A stretch of 64,000 nucleotides of DNA from assembly GCF_009914755.1 (NCBI RefSeq), contig NC_060932.1, one strand, 5' to 3'. The position numbers and the translations under genes were made by a program. Positions 50,955-64,000 of this stretch are shown piece by piece. The number at the start of each line of letters is the position of its first letter. Within the stretch, counting starts at the first letter, position 1. The notes beneath the pieces are model-generated. The model worked only from the letters and a program-made list of their open reading frames with translations. It had not been told where the DNA came from and made no database searches. This DNA is from the human T2T-CHM13v2.0 reference genome, Homo sapiens.

Positions 50955-51549
50955 TGTTGGGGGTCCCCAAGACCACACCCAGGTTTAATGATTCCCTAGG
51001 AGAACTCAATCACAGGACTTAGCCTATAGTCTGACTCAGAGCTATGGTTTATTACAATTTAAGGAGGTAGAGCAGAATCAGCAAAGTGAGAAGTTGGAGG
51101 GGTGAAGTCCAGAGGAATTCAGGAGCAAGCTTCCAACGCTCCTCTTCCAGTGAAGTCACACAGAACATGCACAATACCTCCAGCAATGAATGTGACAACA
51201 TGTGCCAAGTGTCTACTGTAATATATTATATAACTATAGAATATAATAATATTATAATACCAGGGAAGCTTGTTAGAGGCTCAATGTTCAAGGTCTTTAA
51301 TGAGGGCTGATCATGTAAGATACCTACATGTGCCAAATTCCAGTCTCCCAGAAAGTAAGCAGATGTTCAGCATAAACCGCAATTCTTGGACAAATAGTTG
51401 AGGCACTGTGAGTCAACCTCATCAGTTAGGAAAGAGTGGGAACATTCCCAATTTCCAGCTTCCCAGATACCAGCCAAGCACCACTTTGACAGCAGGACTT
51501 TTTACGGATGAGCAGTTTCAGGCCTGCTGTGTTAACTCTTCTCTGTAGA
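50955..51549 (-). mobile_element. MER68-like (MER21/68/77 family, ERVL) solo LTR
   Basis: The reverse complement starts ...cagagaagagttaacacagcaggcctgaaactgct and ends ...gtcttggggacccccaaca. Degenerate TSD gtaac/gtggc; carries a ~45-bp AT-rich insertion. Confidence 0.8.
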
Positions 51550-52547
51550 GTGGCCTTGAACATTATTATAAAGATGTACCCACCCACATGAGAAGATACA
51601 AAATGGAATGTACAAAAATGGGGTGACTAGAACCACTCTGACTTGAATTAGAATCCCAAATTGGCTTTCATCAAGCAACTCAAACTTTCAAAAAGCCATA
51701 TAATAATGTTCAGCTCCTTAGTGAAATAAGGTACCACTAATGTCACATTGTATTAATGACAGTTAAAAGGGATGATGTATTAAAGTGTCTGGCTCCATCA
51801 GGGCTGGTTTGTTTTACCTTCCTGCCCAGCATGGTGTTCAGCACAGGAAAGGCTTCCAATAAACTTTTATTGATTGACGAGGTCTCTTTAAGTAGATGGT
51901 CAGCAGGGTGTCTTTTAAAAGACCAGAATCAAAGCTGGCATTGGTCAGCAAAAATTGGTGTCCATGAGTAGACATTTCCAAGGATTCTTGAGTGTCTCCG
52001 AGATACTTCCATATTTTTCTTGTCTGTTAGAATTCAAAGACCCATTCTTTAAACATTACATCACTGGGGAAGTACTCAATTTTTTAAAAAAAAAATTGAA
52101 AAGAGTTTTAAAATTTTGGTCGGAAGAAATATTTTCAATAATTTTGGGGGTAGGTGAACTCTTTTTTACTAAATTATTTTGTGAGAAATATTTAATGGTG
52201 TCAATGGAGACGTGCCTTTTGTACGAAATGTAAGTCATTGCTGGCCCCACAAAGGCAATCTTTGTTAGCTTCTCCAATCTTGGGTGATTGTCACTTTAGC
52301 ATGATGCTAGGGAAAGAACACAGATTTTGTCTGAATTCCAGAACTGCTTCAACTGCTTGTCATCCTTCATGTGATGTTAGACCAGCTGGTTAAACTTTGT
52401 CTGGGTCTGTTTCTTCTATAAATGAGAATAAAAATAATCCCAAAATAGTTTTGTTATGTAGGTAAGATAGAATGATGCAAAGCTTCTGCATAGTAAGTGG
52501 TCACTAAATATTATTTCTCTTACTGCAGGTAAACGTTTGATTGTTTA

Positions 52548-52720
<173 letters not shown>

Positions 52721-52779
52721 TTATACATGGTTCAAAATAATAATCACTACTTTTTCATTGGAGAAGATGAGGTACTCAC

Positions 52780-53152
52780 ACTGTGTTAGAAAGATTTGCT
52801 GAGGGACAACACCCAGATCTCAGCTGCTTACAGCAAACATTTATTTCTGGATCACATCACATGCTGGAAGTTGTGGTTGGACCGTGGCTGCTGAGGTTCT
52901 GATGGGCTCTGCTCCACAAGTCTTGTTCCTGGATCCAGCCTGAAGGAGAAGCCCCTATGTGGGACACACCCATCCCTGAGACTGAGCAGAAGAGCGAGAC
53001 CAAGAAATTACATGACAAGCTCCTGCTCAGAAGTGGCAAAGTCCCTTCTACATATATCCTGTTGATCAAAGCCCAACAGTAACAGAGCAGGAAGCACACT
53101 TGTCCCATGTGAAAGGGGAAAGTATTTGTGAACATTAATACGACCTTCTACA
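52780..53152 (-). mobile_element. MLT1J-like LTR
   Basis: acacccagatctcagctgcttacagcaaacatttatttct...gggctctgctccaca...gctcctgctcagaagtggca. Confidence 0.65.
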
Positions 53153-53761
53153 CATCCATGTTCTCCCATGCCTCTGCTCTCTATAAATGATGTTTGTACA
53201 CTTCTTTTAAATGAATGGTGCTTGACCATTTTTCTTGTCTGAATTTGGAGTAGCATTTCTCAAAGTATTCAGTGGACATCATCAGTGTTTCCCAAGCTCA
53301 TTGGATCATAAGCTACCCTCTCTCTTTTTTCCTGTGCAAGTGATCATTATTTGGAACAAGCTTTAGGAAACACTAGTTTAGAGAACATACATTAGGTTTT
53401 AAAAGAACTTGTGAGGTTCTGAGTCATTAAATAAGTACCAGAGACAAATGGCTGGGGTCAAGGGCGGATTCACAAGGCCGGAGATGAACATGAGGAATTC
53501 TTTCGGAGCACAACCTGATATGATGGGCCCTGGAGCAGCAACTGTAGAGAAGGGAGGTGGGAAAAGGTAAAACCTGAATAGTAGAGAGAGTAGGTCAGCT
53601 ATCAACTCCACGCCTGGCTCGAAGTATGCAGTCAACACACACACTTGTTGAATGACTGAATAAATGAATAAAGCCCAGGGAGGCTCAACTGGGTAGGGCA
53701 GGCTTGGCAGTGCCAAATGCCAGTTGGAGAACAGGATCAGAGGATTGAGTTAGTTACAAGG

Positions 53762-54134
53762 GTGCTGTGGAACCTTTATACATCTCAGCCTCACCTCCTC
53801 CTTCAGCCATGGTTTCAGCCAGCTTCACGCAGGTGTGAGCTGGCGATATCTCACCAGGGAATCTGTCACGTGTCTCCTGCTTCTTCTCCTGGACTTCTCT
53901 AACCACATGTTGGAACCTTGGGCACTTATGCATATACAACCCAGAACTGAGAGAGAGTTAACACCGATGGAGTAATTTTGACCAATGGGGAATGGGAGCT
54001 GATGAATAAATGTCTTACCCATCGACCTCCCCTAGCTACTTCTAAGATACTTTCTATAGGTTTCTTGGGTGCTTTATGATGGAGCAACCAGTTACTGTTT
54101 GTGTCCATATTGCTAATGCATCTGATTTTGACTT
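53762..54134 (+). mobile_element. LTR16-like (ERVL) LTR fragment
   Basis: tacaacccagaactgagagagagttaacacc...ttgaccaatggggaatgggagctgatgaataaatg motifs typical of LTR16C. Confidence 0.65.
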
Positions 54135-54746
54135 TACGTAGTGTATTACATAGTATAATGATATTATAATACCAGGGAAGCTCGTTAGAGGCTCAGTGTC
54201 CAAGGTCTTTAATGGGGGCTGATCATGTAAGATACCTACATGTGCTAAATTCCAGTCTCCCAGAAAGTAAGCAGATGTTCAGCATAAACCACAATGCTTG
54301 CACAAATAGTTGAGGCACTGTGAGTCAACCTCATCAGTTAGGAAAGAGTGGGAACATTCCCAATTTCCAGCTTCCTAGATACCAGCCAAGGACCACTTTG
54401 ACAGCAGGGCTTTCTACGGATGAGCAGTTTCAGGCCTGCTGTGTTAACTCTTCTCTGTAGAGTGGCCTTGAACATTGTTATAAAGATGTACCCACCCACA
54501 TGAGAAGATACAAAATGGAATGTACAAATGGGGTGACTAGAGCCAGTCTGACTTAAATTAGAATCCCAAACTGGCTTTCATCAAGTAACTCAGACTCTCC
54601 AAAAGCTATATAATAATGTTCAGCTCCTTAGTGAAATGGGGTAGCTCTAAGCCACAGTGTATTTATGAGAGTTAAAAGGGATGATGTATTAAAGTGGCTG
54701 GTGGCTGGCTGAGACATTCAATTGTCTGAGATGCACGAAGGTAACT
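54135..54746 (+). repeat. Dispersed local duplication of ~51214-51792 plus ~50905-50955, in permuted order
   Basis: Direct manual alignment. Long identical stretches include unique non-LTR sequence (ttataaagatgtacccacccacatgagaagatacaaaatggaatgtacaaa). Confidence 0.95.
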
Positions 54747-56049
54747 TGAACACAGCATTGTATGGACTCTCCCTCCTCCCTGTTCCCTCTGTCTTTAGCC
54801 CAGTGGGGCAGTGTGGAAACAAGCTTCAGGAATTATAGGGACAGAGAAAAGCAGGCTGCCCAGCATGGGCTGTGAGGGTCAGGTGAGGGAAGACTTCCTG
54901 CAGAATGTGATATCTAAGTCCAGTCTTCTTTCAGAGAGAAGCTGTCTTTCTCAATACTGAAAATCTTGTGGAGCCTGAAGGTGAGAATCCCTTTCCCCCA
55001 TCTCCTCTCTGCGGCAGAGGAGCTGATTGGATGCCCAGTTGCAATTCCTCACTTCTCCTGCTGTTTTGAAAGGTTCCGATAAGAGGGAAAATATCCTCTC
55101 TGGGGAGCCCTTGCCCTTTCATGATTTGCCAAACACCTCTTCAGCAAGGTAGCCAAGAGCCTGCTGCAGCCAACTGAGATTCAAAGAGAAAGCAGATCTA
55201 AATGAAGGGTTGGAGTGAAAAGACTGTGTTTATTGTTGCTCCCTGGCATCCTAGGCGATCTTCACCAGAGGAATTTCAGCAACGGGCTCACTGCCTGCAG
55301 GCAGTCAGGGAACGAAGGGCTTCTCAGGAGCAGCAGATACATCTGTTTAAATGGGAGAGAGGCCCCAGTGGTGAATTGGGAGCTGTTTGGTGCGCTGCAG
55401 GGCTACTGCCCTGAGTATTTCTTTGGTGCTTATCTCTTAGTAATGTTAGTTATGACTAAGTATGAAGCCCATGATTTTAAAAATGAGGGAGCTTAGGGAA
55501 TGAGGAAAGACCAAAACTATAGTCTAAGCCCTTCATTTATAGTTGGAATCTGAGGTCAAAGCAGGGAAATGACCAACCCCGGGTCACAGAGTGCATGAGC
55601 AACACAACAGAGCCCAGTTACCCATTTCCAGCCTCCAAGGCAAAGGATGGTCGCTAAGCTTTTAAGCTCTGGCCAGATTTATTTCCTCCAGAGGTCTCCC
55701 GACATTCTTCCAGGCTCCAATATATGCAAGTGTAGAGATCCCAATGACCAGTGTTGGACAAATTATTGCCATAAATCAATTAAATTTCACATTCACTTAC
55801 TGCATTCCAGTCATAAACTTGGGTTTGTGTTACGTCCTGGATAACGAAAGGTGTGAAGTCGAAAGCAGCATCCAAACAAAACACACTCCGCTCAAATTGG
55901 TCCTGCCCTCAAGATCTCACAACTTGGTAGGAGACATAGACTTGTAAATAATCAAATATCACACACTGTGAACAACCCAAAGGTTAATATTTCAGTACAG
56001 ATATACAGCAGAACAGAAAGCCACGAGGGTCTCCATGGTCATCCGTCAT

Positions 56050-56487
56050 TGTGCCAGATTGAATAGTATTCCACAAAAATTCAGGTGCACCCAGAACCCC
56101 AGGAGGTGGCCTTAGTTGGCAAATGGGTCTTGGCAGATGTAATTAGTTAACATGAGGTGGTATTGGATTAGGACAGGCCCTAATGCAATGACTGGTGTCC
56201 TAATGAGAAGACCCTGTGAAGACGTGAACACAGAGGGACATCATGTGAAGATGGGCAACAATCAGAGGGATGCATCTCCCAGGAACACCAAGAACTGCTG
56301 AAAGTCACCAGAAGACAGGAGTGGGCCATGGACTGTATTTTTTCCCAGGGCCTTCAGAGGTGCCTGACCCCGCTAACACTTTGATTGTGGACTTCTGGCC
56401 TCCAGGACTGTAAGAGAACACACTTCTGTTGTTTTAAGACACCCAGTTTGTGGCATTTTGTTGTGGCAACTCTAGGAACCTAAGACA
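56050..56487 (+). mobile_element. MLT1C-like solo LTR
   Basis: tgtgccagattgaatagt...gcagatgtaattagttaa...ggacttctggcctccagg...cacccagtttgtgg...ctaagaca; TSD gtcat/ctcat. Confidence 0.88.
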
Positions 56488-57686
56488 CTCATCAAGTTAA
56501 GGGGCTTGGTTTTATGCTGTAGGGGATGGCAGGTGCCATTTTAAATATAAGGCTGTCTCATATTTCTATGCTTTTCTGCCCTTTTCTCTACCACTCGAGC
56601 TCTACGGCATCATGGTTACCCTCCCCAGCATACACACAACAAGAACTTTCTGGGCACAGCTCCCATCTATGCAGAAAATTGGCCAGGCCCCATCCACAAT
56701 CTAGATGGGTGTGCTGCCTGGACTCTCTTCCCAGCCCTCCTACCATCCATATCTCACTCAGCCATCCTCTGACAGGAGAACTCACATATTGAGCAACTGT
56801 ATCTCACTGAACTCAGTCTATCTATCAACAAGTCTGTGAAATATGGTCACTTTAATCATCCCTTCCTATAGATGAGGATGTGCCAGTCTCCACATTCCCT
56901 CTACCACACCTCAGGAATCTCCTCTTAGTTTCTTTGGCTGATATCTGATAATCCCATCAATGAATTCATTCCAGATATGAAAGGCTGGCTATGCCTTAAT
57001 ATTTACTTGTCCCAGATATTTACCTTTCAACAGGGAAACCTAGAAAAGTAACACCTTATTCCAGTAGTTCCCAGCCCTGATTCTCATCCTTGGCTATGTA
57101 TTGGCATTGACTCTGTTACAAAATTAGGAAAAGAAAATAGGTTCTACTCCAGAGACTCTGGCTCAGTGGGTCTGTGTGGGCTCTATCAGCTGAACTTTTT
57201 AAAAGTGCTATCTGTAGAATTCAGCATAGACTTCACAGCCACTCATTGGCTCCTGCCCTCTCTCAAAGACAAAGCTGCTTAGAAATGTGCTCAGAACTAG
57301 AGAACAGACAGTTAAATCTGTGTAAATTCCTTGGCTCCTACCAAGAAAAATTATGTAAATGCCTCCTTTCTTGGCCTGTAAATCCTTCTGGTTTTTTTTT
57401 TTCCAGTACGTCCATCTTTCTTTCTACAAAATTACTCAAAATCCACCTGTTTAATAAGTTCTCTGCAGACCCCTTGAATCCTTGTCGTTAAGACTTCATC
57501 TCCATTCATCAGCCTATGTTGAACATTGGCTAGGTGTAGTTTGATGATTTATAACACATTTACCAGGTGCAACAAGCTTGCACAGATTTTAGTTCCTAGA
57601 ACCCTCATAATAACTCTCAAAGGTGGTATTACTACGCCCATCCTTGTGAGGTCCAGAAAATCTCATTCTGAGTTGGCAAAACTCTT

Positions 57687-58051
57687 TGTATTAGTCTGTT
57701 TTTACACTGCTATGGAAAACTGCCCAAGGCTGGGTAATTTATAAAGAAAAGAGGTTTAATTGACTCATAGTTCTGCATGGCTGGGGAGGCCTCAGGAAAC
57801 TTACAATCATGGTGGAAGGGCAAGCAGGCATGTCTTACATAGCAGCAGGTGAGAGAGAGAGTGAAGAAAGTGAAGGGGGAAGAGCCCCTGAGAAACCATC
57901 AGATCTCATGAGAACTCACTCACTATCACAAGAACAGCATGGGGGAAACCACCCCATGATCCAGTTACCTCCCACCAGGTCCCTTCCTTGACATGTGGGG
58001 ATTACAATTTGAGATGAGATTTGGGTAGGGACACAAAGCCAAACCATATTT
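57687..58051 (-). mobile_element. THE1D solo LTR inserted in a MIR
   Basis: tgtattagtctgtttttacactgctat...ggcctcaggaaacttacaatcatgg...gccaaaccatatt; TSD ctctt/ctcct. Confidence 0.92.
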
Positions 58052-58289
58052 CTCCTATAGTCAGTAATGGGGAGAAGGCAGGTTAGAACCCAGTCTCTCC
58101 ACAAATCCAATACTCTGTCCATGAACCACAGGAAAGAATTGTCCAAATGCAAGTATAAAAGTAAAACCTCTGTCATGTACTTCAGGAAAAATGTACATCT
58201 TGGGGTATTTATTTACTGAATAAACTTTTCCTGGCTGTCCACATGTAGTAGGTCCACTCTTCAGTCAAGGATACCTAATGGATGCCCAT

Positions 58290-58642
58290 TGTATTCTGCT
58301 CTCATGCTGCTCATAAAGACATACCTGAGACTGGGTAATTTATAAAGAAAAGAGGTTTAATTGACTCAGTTTCACATGGCTGGGGAAGCCTCACAATCAT
58401 GGCAGAAGGTGAATGAGGAGCAAAGTCACATCTTACATGGTGGAAGGCAAGAGAGAGCATGTGCAGGGGAACTCCCATTTATAAAACCATTAAATCTTGT
58501 GAAACTTATTCACTACCATGAAAACAATATGGAGGAAAGAGCCCCTATGATTCAACTATCTCTAGCTGGCCCCAACCTTGACACGTGTGGATTTTTACAA
58601 TTCAAGGTGAGATTTGGGTGGGGACACAGACAAATCATACCA
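58290..58642 (-). mobile_element. THE1B/C solo LTR
   Basis: ataaagacatacctgagactgggtaatttataaag...gaggagcaaagtcacatcttacatgg...ggggacacagacaaatcatacca; TSD cccat/ctcat. Confidence 0.92.
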
Positions 58643-59280
58643 CTCATTAAGTGCCCAGCACTATTCCACGTGCTGAAAACAATAAAAGTCAGATAAGACT
58701 CATCCACTGCATTTAAGGAGTTAGCAGTCCATTGGGTGACACAGACTGGCAACCATAGTAGCAGGGCAGTGCATTGGTGCAGCCATAGAGACAGGCACAC
58801 ATTATTATGGGAGCAAAGAGGAACCTGCTCCAGGAGCCAAGAGAGGCTTCCAGACAAAGTGGCCACTGAGAGTGTTTCTAAAAAATGACTAGGAATTAAC
58901 TGACAGATAGTGACAGAAGAATAATTTATACAGAAGAAACGACATGGAGGAAGGCTTGGAGTCAAGAAGTAGGGCTGCATGTTTGAGTGGGTGTGCTTGT
59001 GTGTATATGTGTACATGCATATGTGAGTATGAACATGTGTGTGTACATGTGAGACAGCAACAAGGAGCTCCCTGTGGCCTGAGGGTTAAGTGTGAGGCAA
59101 GGAGAAGGAGACAGGGTTCAGTAGATAGAGTCTTGTGGCCTTTTTCCAACCTCTCATTATGTTGTTTGGACTTCATCCAGGTTGTCATGGGGAGATATAG
59201 CAAATAGGAGAAATGGGCACTTTATTATATTATTTCTCTTTTAGGAAATTTCCAATATTCAGTACATTATAGAATGTATT

Positions 59281-59779
59281 TGTTACTGAGCAATGGGCTC
59301 GCTGTCTGATGATATGCATAGAAGTGAATACAATGGCACCAGCTTTTGAGAAAAGAAAGGCTTGATTGCAAGCAGACTGGCAAAGAGACAGGAGGCAGCA
59401 CTCAAATCTATCTCCTGGAGCTGGAGTCTGGGGGCAGATTTTATAGGCAGAGAGTAACAATGAGTGACAGGAAAATGCAATGAGGTGTGATCTGATTGGG
59501 TCATACAGAGGTAGTGCTAGGTCCTTGGCTTCTAAGTTAGTACTGCAACAAAGCAGAGTACCCCTCACTTCTTGACTTGGTCTTTCATCCTTGATCCAAG
59601 TACTTAGGCTCTGCACGTGGTTGATTTTGTCATTGTGGCTGGCTTGGTGGGGGTTGGGGAGCGCACTGGCTTTCTCTGGACATGCTCAGGTCACTGACTT
59701 GCAACCTGGGGATCCATTGCAACTGAAAAACAACTCACCATTTTGTTACTGACAAAATTGAACTGGTTCTGCAGTTACA
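59281..59779 (-). mobile_element. ERV1-class solo LTR (MER66/LTR29-related; subfamily uncertain)
   Basis: TG...CA termini, perfect 4-bp TSD TATT (59277-59280 / 59780-59783), and minus-strand CCAAT and TATAAAA. Confidence 0.8.
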
Positions 59780-60641
59780 TATTGATGTGGCAAACAGTGA
59801 TATACTCACCACCCAGAATTAACATAGGTTAATATTTTGTCCTCTTTAGCTTAGAACTTTTGTAAAATGTGAAACATCAAAGATAGGGTTGAGGTTCCTT
59901 CTTAAGGCTTCTAATTCCACTCCTGCTCCTTGGGGACAGATACTGCTATCAATGTGCAATTAAGGATGAAATTTCCTGGGCTTACTTTGAACATTGCACT
60001 CCATGTGCACATTTCCACCTAGATTGCCTTATGAGTTTTTGAGACTTACTTAAATGGTAATATTCTGTATGTTGCATTTTCTCACAAAGTATTTTTCAAA
60101 TGACATCATGTTTTCCATATCTGTCAATACTGATACCTGTAACCCTAGTTTCCTCATTTTAACTAATAAGTAGTATTTCATGAGAATAAATAGAACTCAG
60201 CTTAAATATTCTTTTATTGGTAAGAATTTTGGTTGTAATTTTTGTTACAAAGTTTACAATAAGTATTTGGACATGTGTCCCTGTGGTCGTATGTAAGAGT
60301 TTCTTTGTGGTATATTTCTAGGTATAGAGACTTGGCAACTAGTTATGTGGATTTTCAACTTTACTACATATTGCAAAGTACTTATACCAGTTTACCACTT
60401 ATTGCAACGTATTATACCAATACATACTCTCACCTACTGTAAAATAAAATGGTATCTCATTGTGGGATTTATTTGTATTTTGTATAGAACTGGTGACTTC
60501 GAGCATCTTTTCAGGTTTTTCTTTTTAATATTTATTGGCCATTGTATCCATTTTTCAAAGACTTGCCTATTCTTTCTTTTTTTTCTCTTAGTTATTTTTT
60601 TCTTTGTGATTTGTAAATTATTCATTTATTCTGGACATTAA

Positions 60642-60990
<349 letters not shown>

Positions 60991-61512
60991 TAACTTCTGT
61001 TTATGGTGTTTTTGTTGAAAAAAAATTTTTACCTGTGATACAAATATGTTCATTGGTATTTTCTATAAACTGTGATTTTTTGGCTCATTAAAGAAATCCT
61101 ACCCAATCCAGATACACAATATTTTTATATTATTTTTGCAAGTTATAAGCTTTGCTTTAAACTTGCTTGTGTGTAAGAAGGGATGTAATAATGTGAGGTA
61201 GTGATCTAATTTTATTAATTTACATATAGTTACTCAATTGCTCAACACCATTAATTGCATAATCCTTTCTTGCCCACTGATTAGTAATTTCACTTTATTT
61301 TTCAAGTTGATATATATGGGTGGATTTCTTTTTAGGATCTCCTTTCTCTTTCATTGATGTATATGGCAAATTGTTTGGAAAAATGGTCAGAACTTAATGT
61401 GAAAACAGTGGTAATGGTGGGTTAACAGCCTTTGTCACATGATTTTACTCTTTAATCCATCAATGTGGTAATTTGATTAATGGATTTTTCTAATATTGAA
61501 GCATTCTTCCAT

Positions 61513-61545
61513 TGTGTGTGTGTGTGTGTGTGTGTGCATGTGTGT
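61513..61545. repeat. (TG)n microsatellite
   Basis: tgtgtgtgtgtgtgtgtgtgtgtgcatgtgtgt. Confidence 0.95.
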
Positions 61546-63814
61546 TTAAATACCTTGCTGGAATGCATTGGTTAATATTAGGATATTTACCTCTTTGTTC
61601 AAATGATAGTGCCAATATGTTTTCCTACTATTATCCTCATTTTTTTGGTATTGTTTACACTAGCCTCATAACTTAGATCTTACAATACCCACAGCAATGG
61701 TCTTAGTTTCAACCAGACATTTAGATTCTAGATCTCAGTAGGTCACACCTGGCACCAGGATACACAGAAGGATGCAGGCACCCCTTTTTGGTGACAGTCC
61801 TTGTAGCAGCTCACACAGTAGTCTATTGTCTAATCTCAGATCACACAAATGACAGCTCAGGTGCAAGGGAAAAAGACCACACAAGTGGATTTCAGAGCCA
61901 TCATGTCTTAAATCCCCCACCTAAAATAAGATCCAGTATAGCTGAAACAGCTCCATGAACACAGTCTCTAGAGCCTCACAAGGGATGTGCCCAGTTACCA
62001 AGTGGCTGCACACGGGAAGGTCAAAGTTCTAGCTTCCCACCAGGTATGTATGATCTGTCCGTCCACAGTCCTCCTAGGAATGATACAACTTACCCATCAC
62101 AGAGCTTTCTAATTTTTTTCTAACCATACATTATGTTGCCTGGAACAGGGCTGACATTCCACCTTTATCAGTTGCCCAGGATTAATACTCAGCCACATTT
62201 GTCCATTGGGAAAGAGAGGTTTTTTGGCTTTTGACCCTTACCCACAGCTAGTGTACCTTTTTCTAGTTTCTAGAAAAGCTTGCATAAGATAGGAGTTGTC
62301 TATTCCAAGAAGGTTTGGTAAAATTTGCCTGTGAAATTATCTTATGCTGTTGCTTTTCGGGGGTGAGCAGATGGTTGACTACCAACTTAATTTACTGAAT
62401 GGTCAATTCAGAATTTCTATTTTTGTTGAGTCAATTTTATTAATTTTAATTTTTCTGAAAATATGAATTTCCTTCAAGTTATCAAAATTATTGTCATAAT
62501 ACTATTTGCAGCATTGCTTAATGATTGTTAAAATTTTTCCTGAAGCTTCAGTTATATTTTCTTTGTTGTTCTTGGTATTGTTTGACTCGTCTCTTTTTTC
62601 TTGAGCAATGTTATCAGAGAGCTGTTTTATCAGTGAACTACCTTTTTAAAAATAAACGTCTTTATGATGTCCTTATTTTCTATTTAATTGCTTTTTGATT
62701 TTATCTTTAAGTTTCATTCAGTTAATTCTATTTTTTCCTAGCTTTTGAGTTAAATATGTAACTTTTTGTGGTTTAATTTTTTTCCAATATATACATTTAA
62801 GAGAATGTATTTCCCTCTAAGTATTCTTTAAGTTGCATTACTCAAGTTTTAATGCATAATGCCTTTATCATCATTCACTTCTAAATTACCATTATGCTTT
62901 CTACTTTAACTCATGAATTATTAATAGTGCTTTTCAATTTCTAAACATATGTTTTATTTGTTTCTTTGCATGACTTCACTCAAGTAAGGTGTTAGCAGCC
63001 TATTCTCTTTTACAGCAATAAAATAAAAGGTGTCCAGAAAAGAAATTATGGTGGAGGCCACAAATACGTTGGGTTTATCTTACAGAACAAAAAGAAATAA
63101 CCTTATTTCATAGATCAAGCATACAACTGCATAGAACAATGTTTATTTACTAAGTTTATTCTACTTTTTTATGGGTATGTTATCATTCAGCCGAGGTTTA
63201 GTTACTACACAAAATATGTAAGGAATACAGTTGGTTCTGAGGACGCACTTTATTGAAGTAACAAAACAAATATGTGAACAGCTCTGTGATGGGGCCAGCA
63301 GAGAGTCTATGGAATAGAAAAGGATTGCCCGGCCCAGAGATGAGTGGGAAATGAGGAGGGTCCACAGACGCTTCTGGGAGAGGATGGCAGGGCTGCACCT
63401 TGAGGAGGAAGCAGGAGTCTACCCAGAGAGTGGAAAATGGTTCTCCAGGCACAAGGATTAGCTGGGACAAATGTGTGGAGGAGGACAGAGTAGGTGGACT
63501 TGGCCATGATACAATACTGGCTTGAGTTCTGAGTCATTTCTTAGTGTCTGGGAATCACACCAGGAAAACAAGAGGATTAGAGTATTTGGATTAAGGTAGG
63601 CTCTTCCAGTGGTGGTTTGTATGTTGTGTTTCACTTCTATCCGTAATCCTCCAGCCTTTCTGAGGAGGCACACTGCTCCCTTGCTGGTGGGCCCAGGTGG
63701 GCCTTCCTTACCGTCCTCCAAGGGATAACAAAAGCTGGTCAGTCTCAAAGCAGCTAAAATTGTTCAGCTGCCTCACATCTCCACAGGTGAACAGAAACCA
63801 TAGTCCACAGTGAT

Positions 63815-63985
63815 TGGGCTCTCACCATGTGCCAGGCACTGTGCTTGATGCCCTACATGTGTTATCTCATTAATTTTGGAGCAAGCTGGGGGCAAGTCCT
63901 GCTACCATGCTTCATATCACAGATGAGGATACTGAGGGTTCAGGCTGTTAAATATTTGCCCAAGGCCACTGCCATGAGCTGAATC
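63815..63985 (-). mobile_element. MIR SINE
   Basis: tgtgccaggcactgtgct...tatctcattaat...cacagatgaggatactgagg...ttgcccaaggccac. Confidence 0.85.
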
Positions 63986-64000
63986 ATCCATAGGAAATAA

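Overview
This is primate (almost certainly human/hominoid) non-coding genomic DNA, either intergenic or deep intronic. I found no convincing protein-coding exon, CpG island, RNA gene or CRISPR-like array, and the supplied ORFs are essentially all chance or repeat-derived (Alu, MaLR, microsatellite). The window is a dense mosaic of transposable elements: six Alus, many MIR and L2 fragments, old L1M pieces, a TSD-flanked L1PA16-like 3' fragment containing a complete two-LTR THE1D/MSTA-type MaLR provirus, about 15 solo LTRs (MLT2A2, MER31, MSTA, THE1B/C/D, MLT1, MER68-like, an ERV1 LTR), and hAT/Tigger MITEs. The most unusual structure is a local duplication in permuted order. Sequence ~51214-51792, followed by ~50905-50955, reappears at ~54135-54746, joined at a microhomology and with uneven identity along its length. 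This fits a circular-intermediate or template-switching origin followed by gene conversion. I found no evidence of a new gene-encoded biological system. Repeat subfamily names come from my recall of consensus sequences and should be confirmed with RepeatMasker/Dfam.
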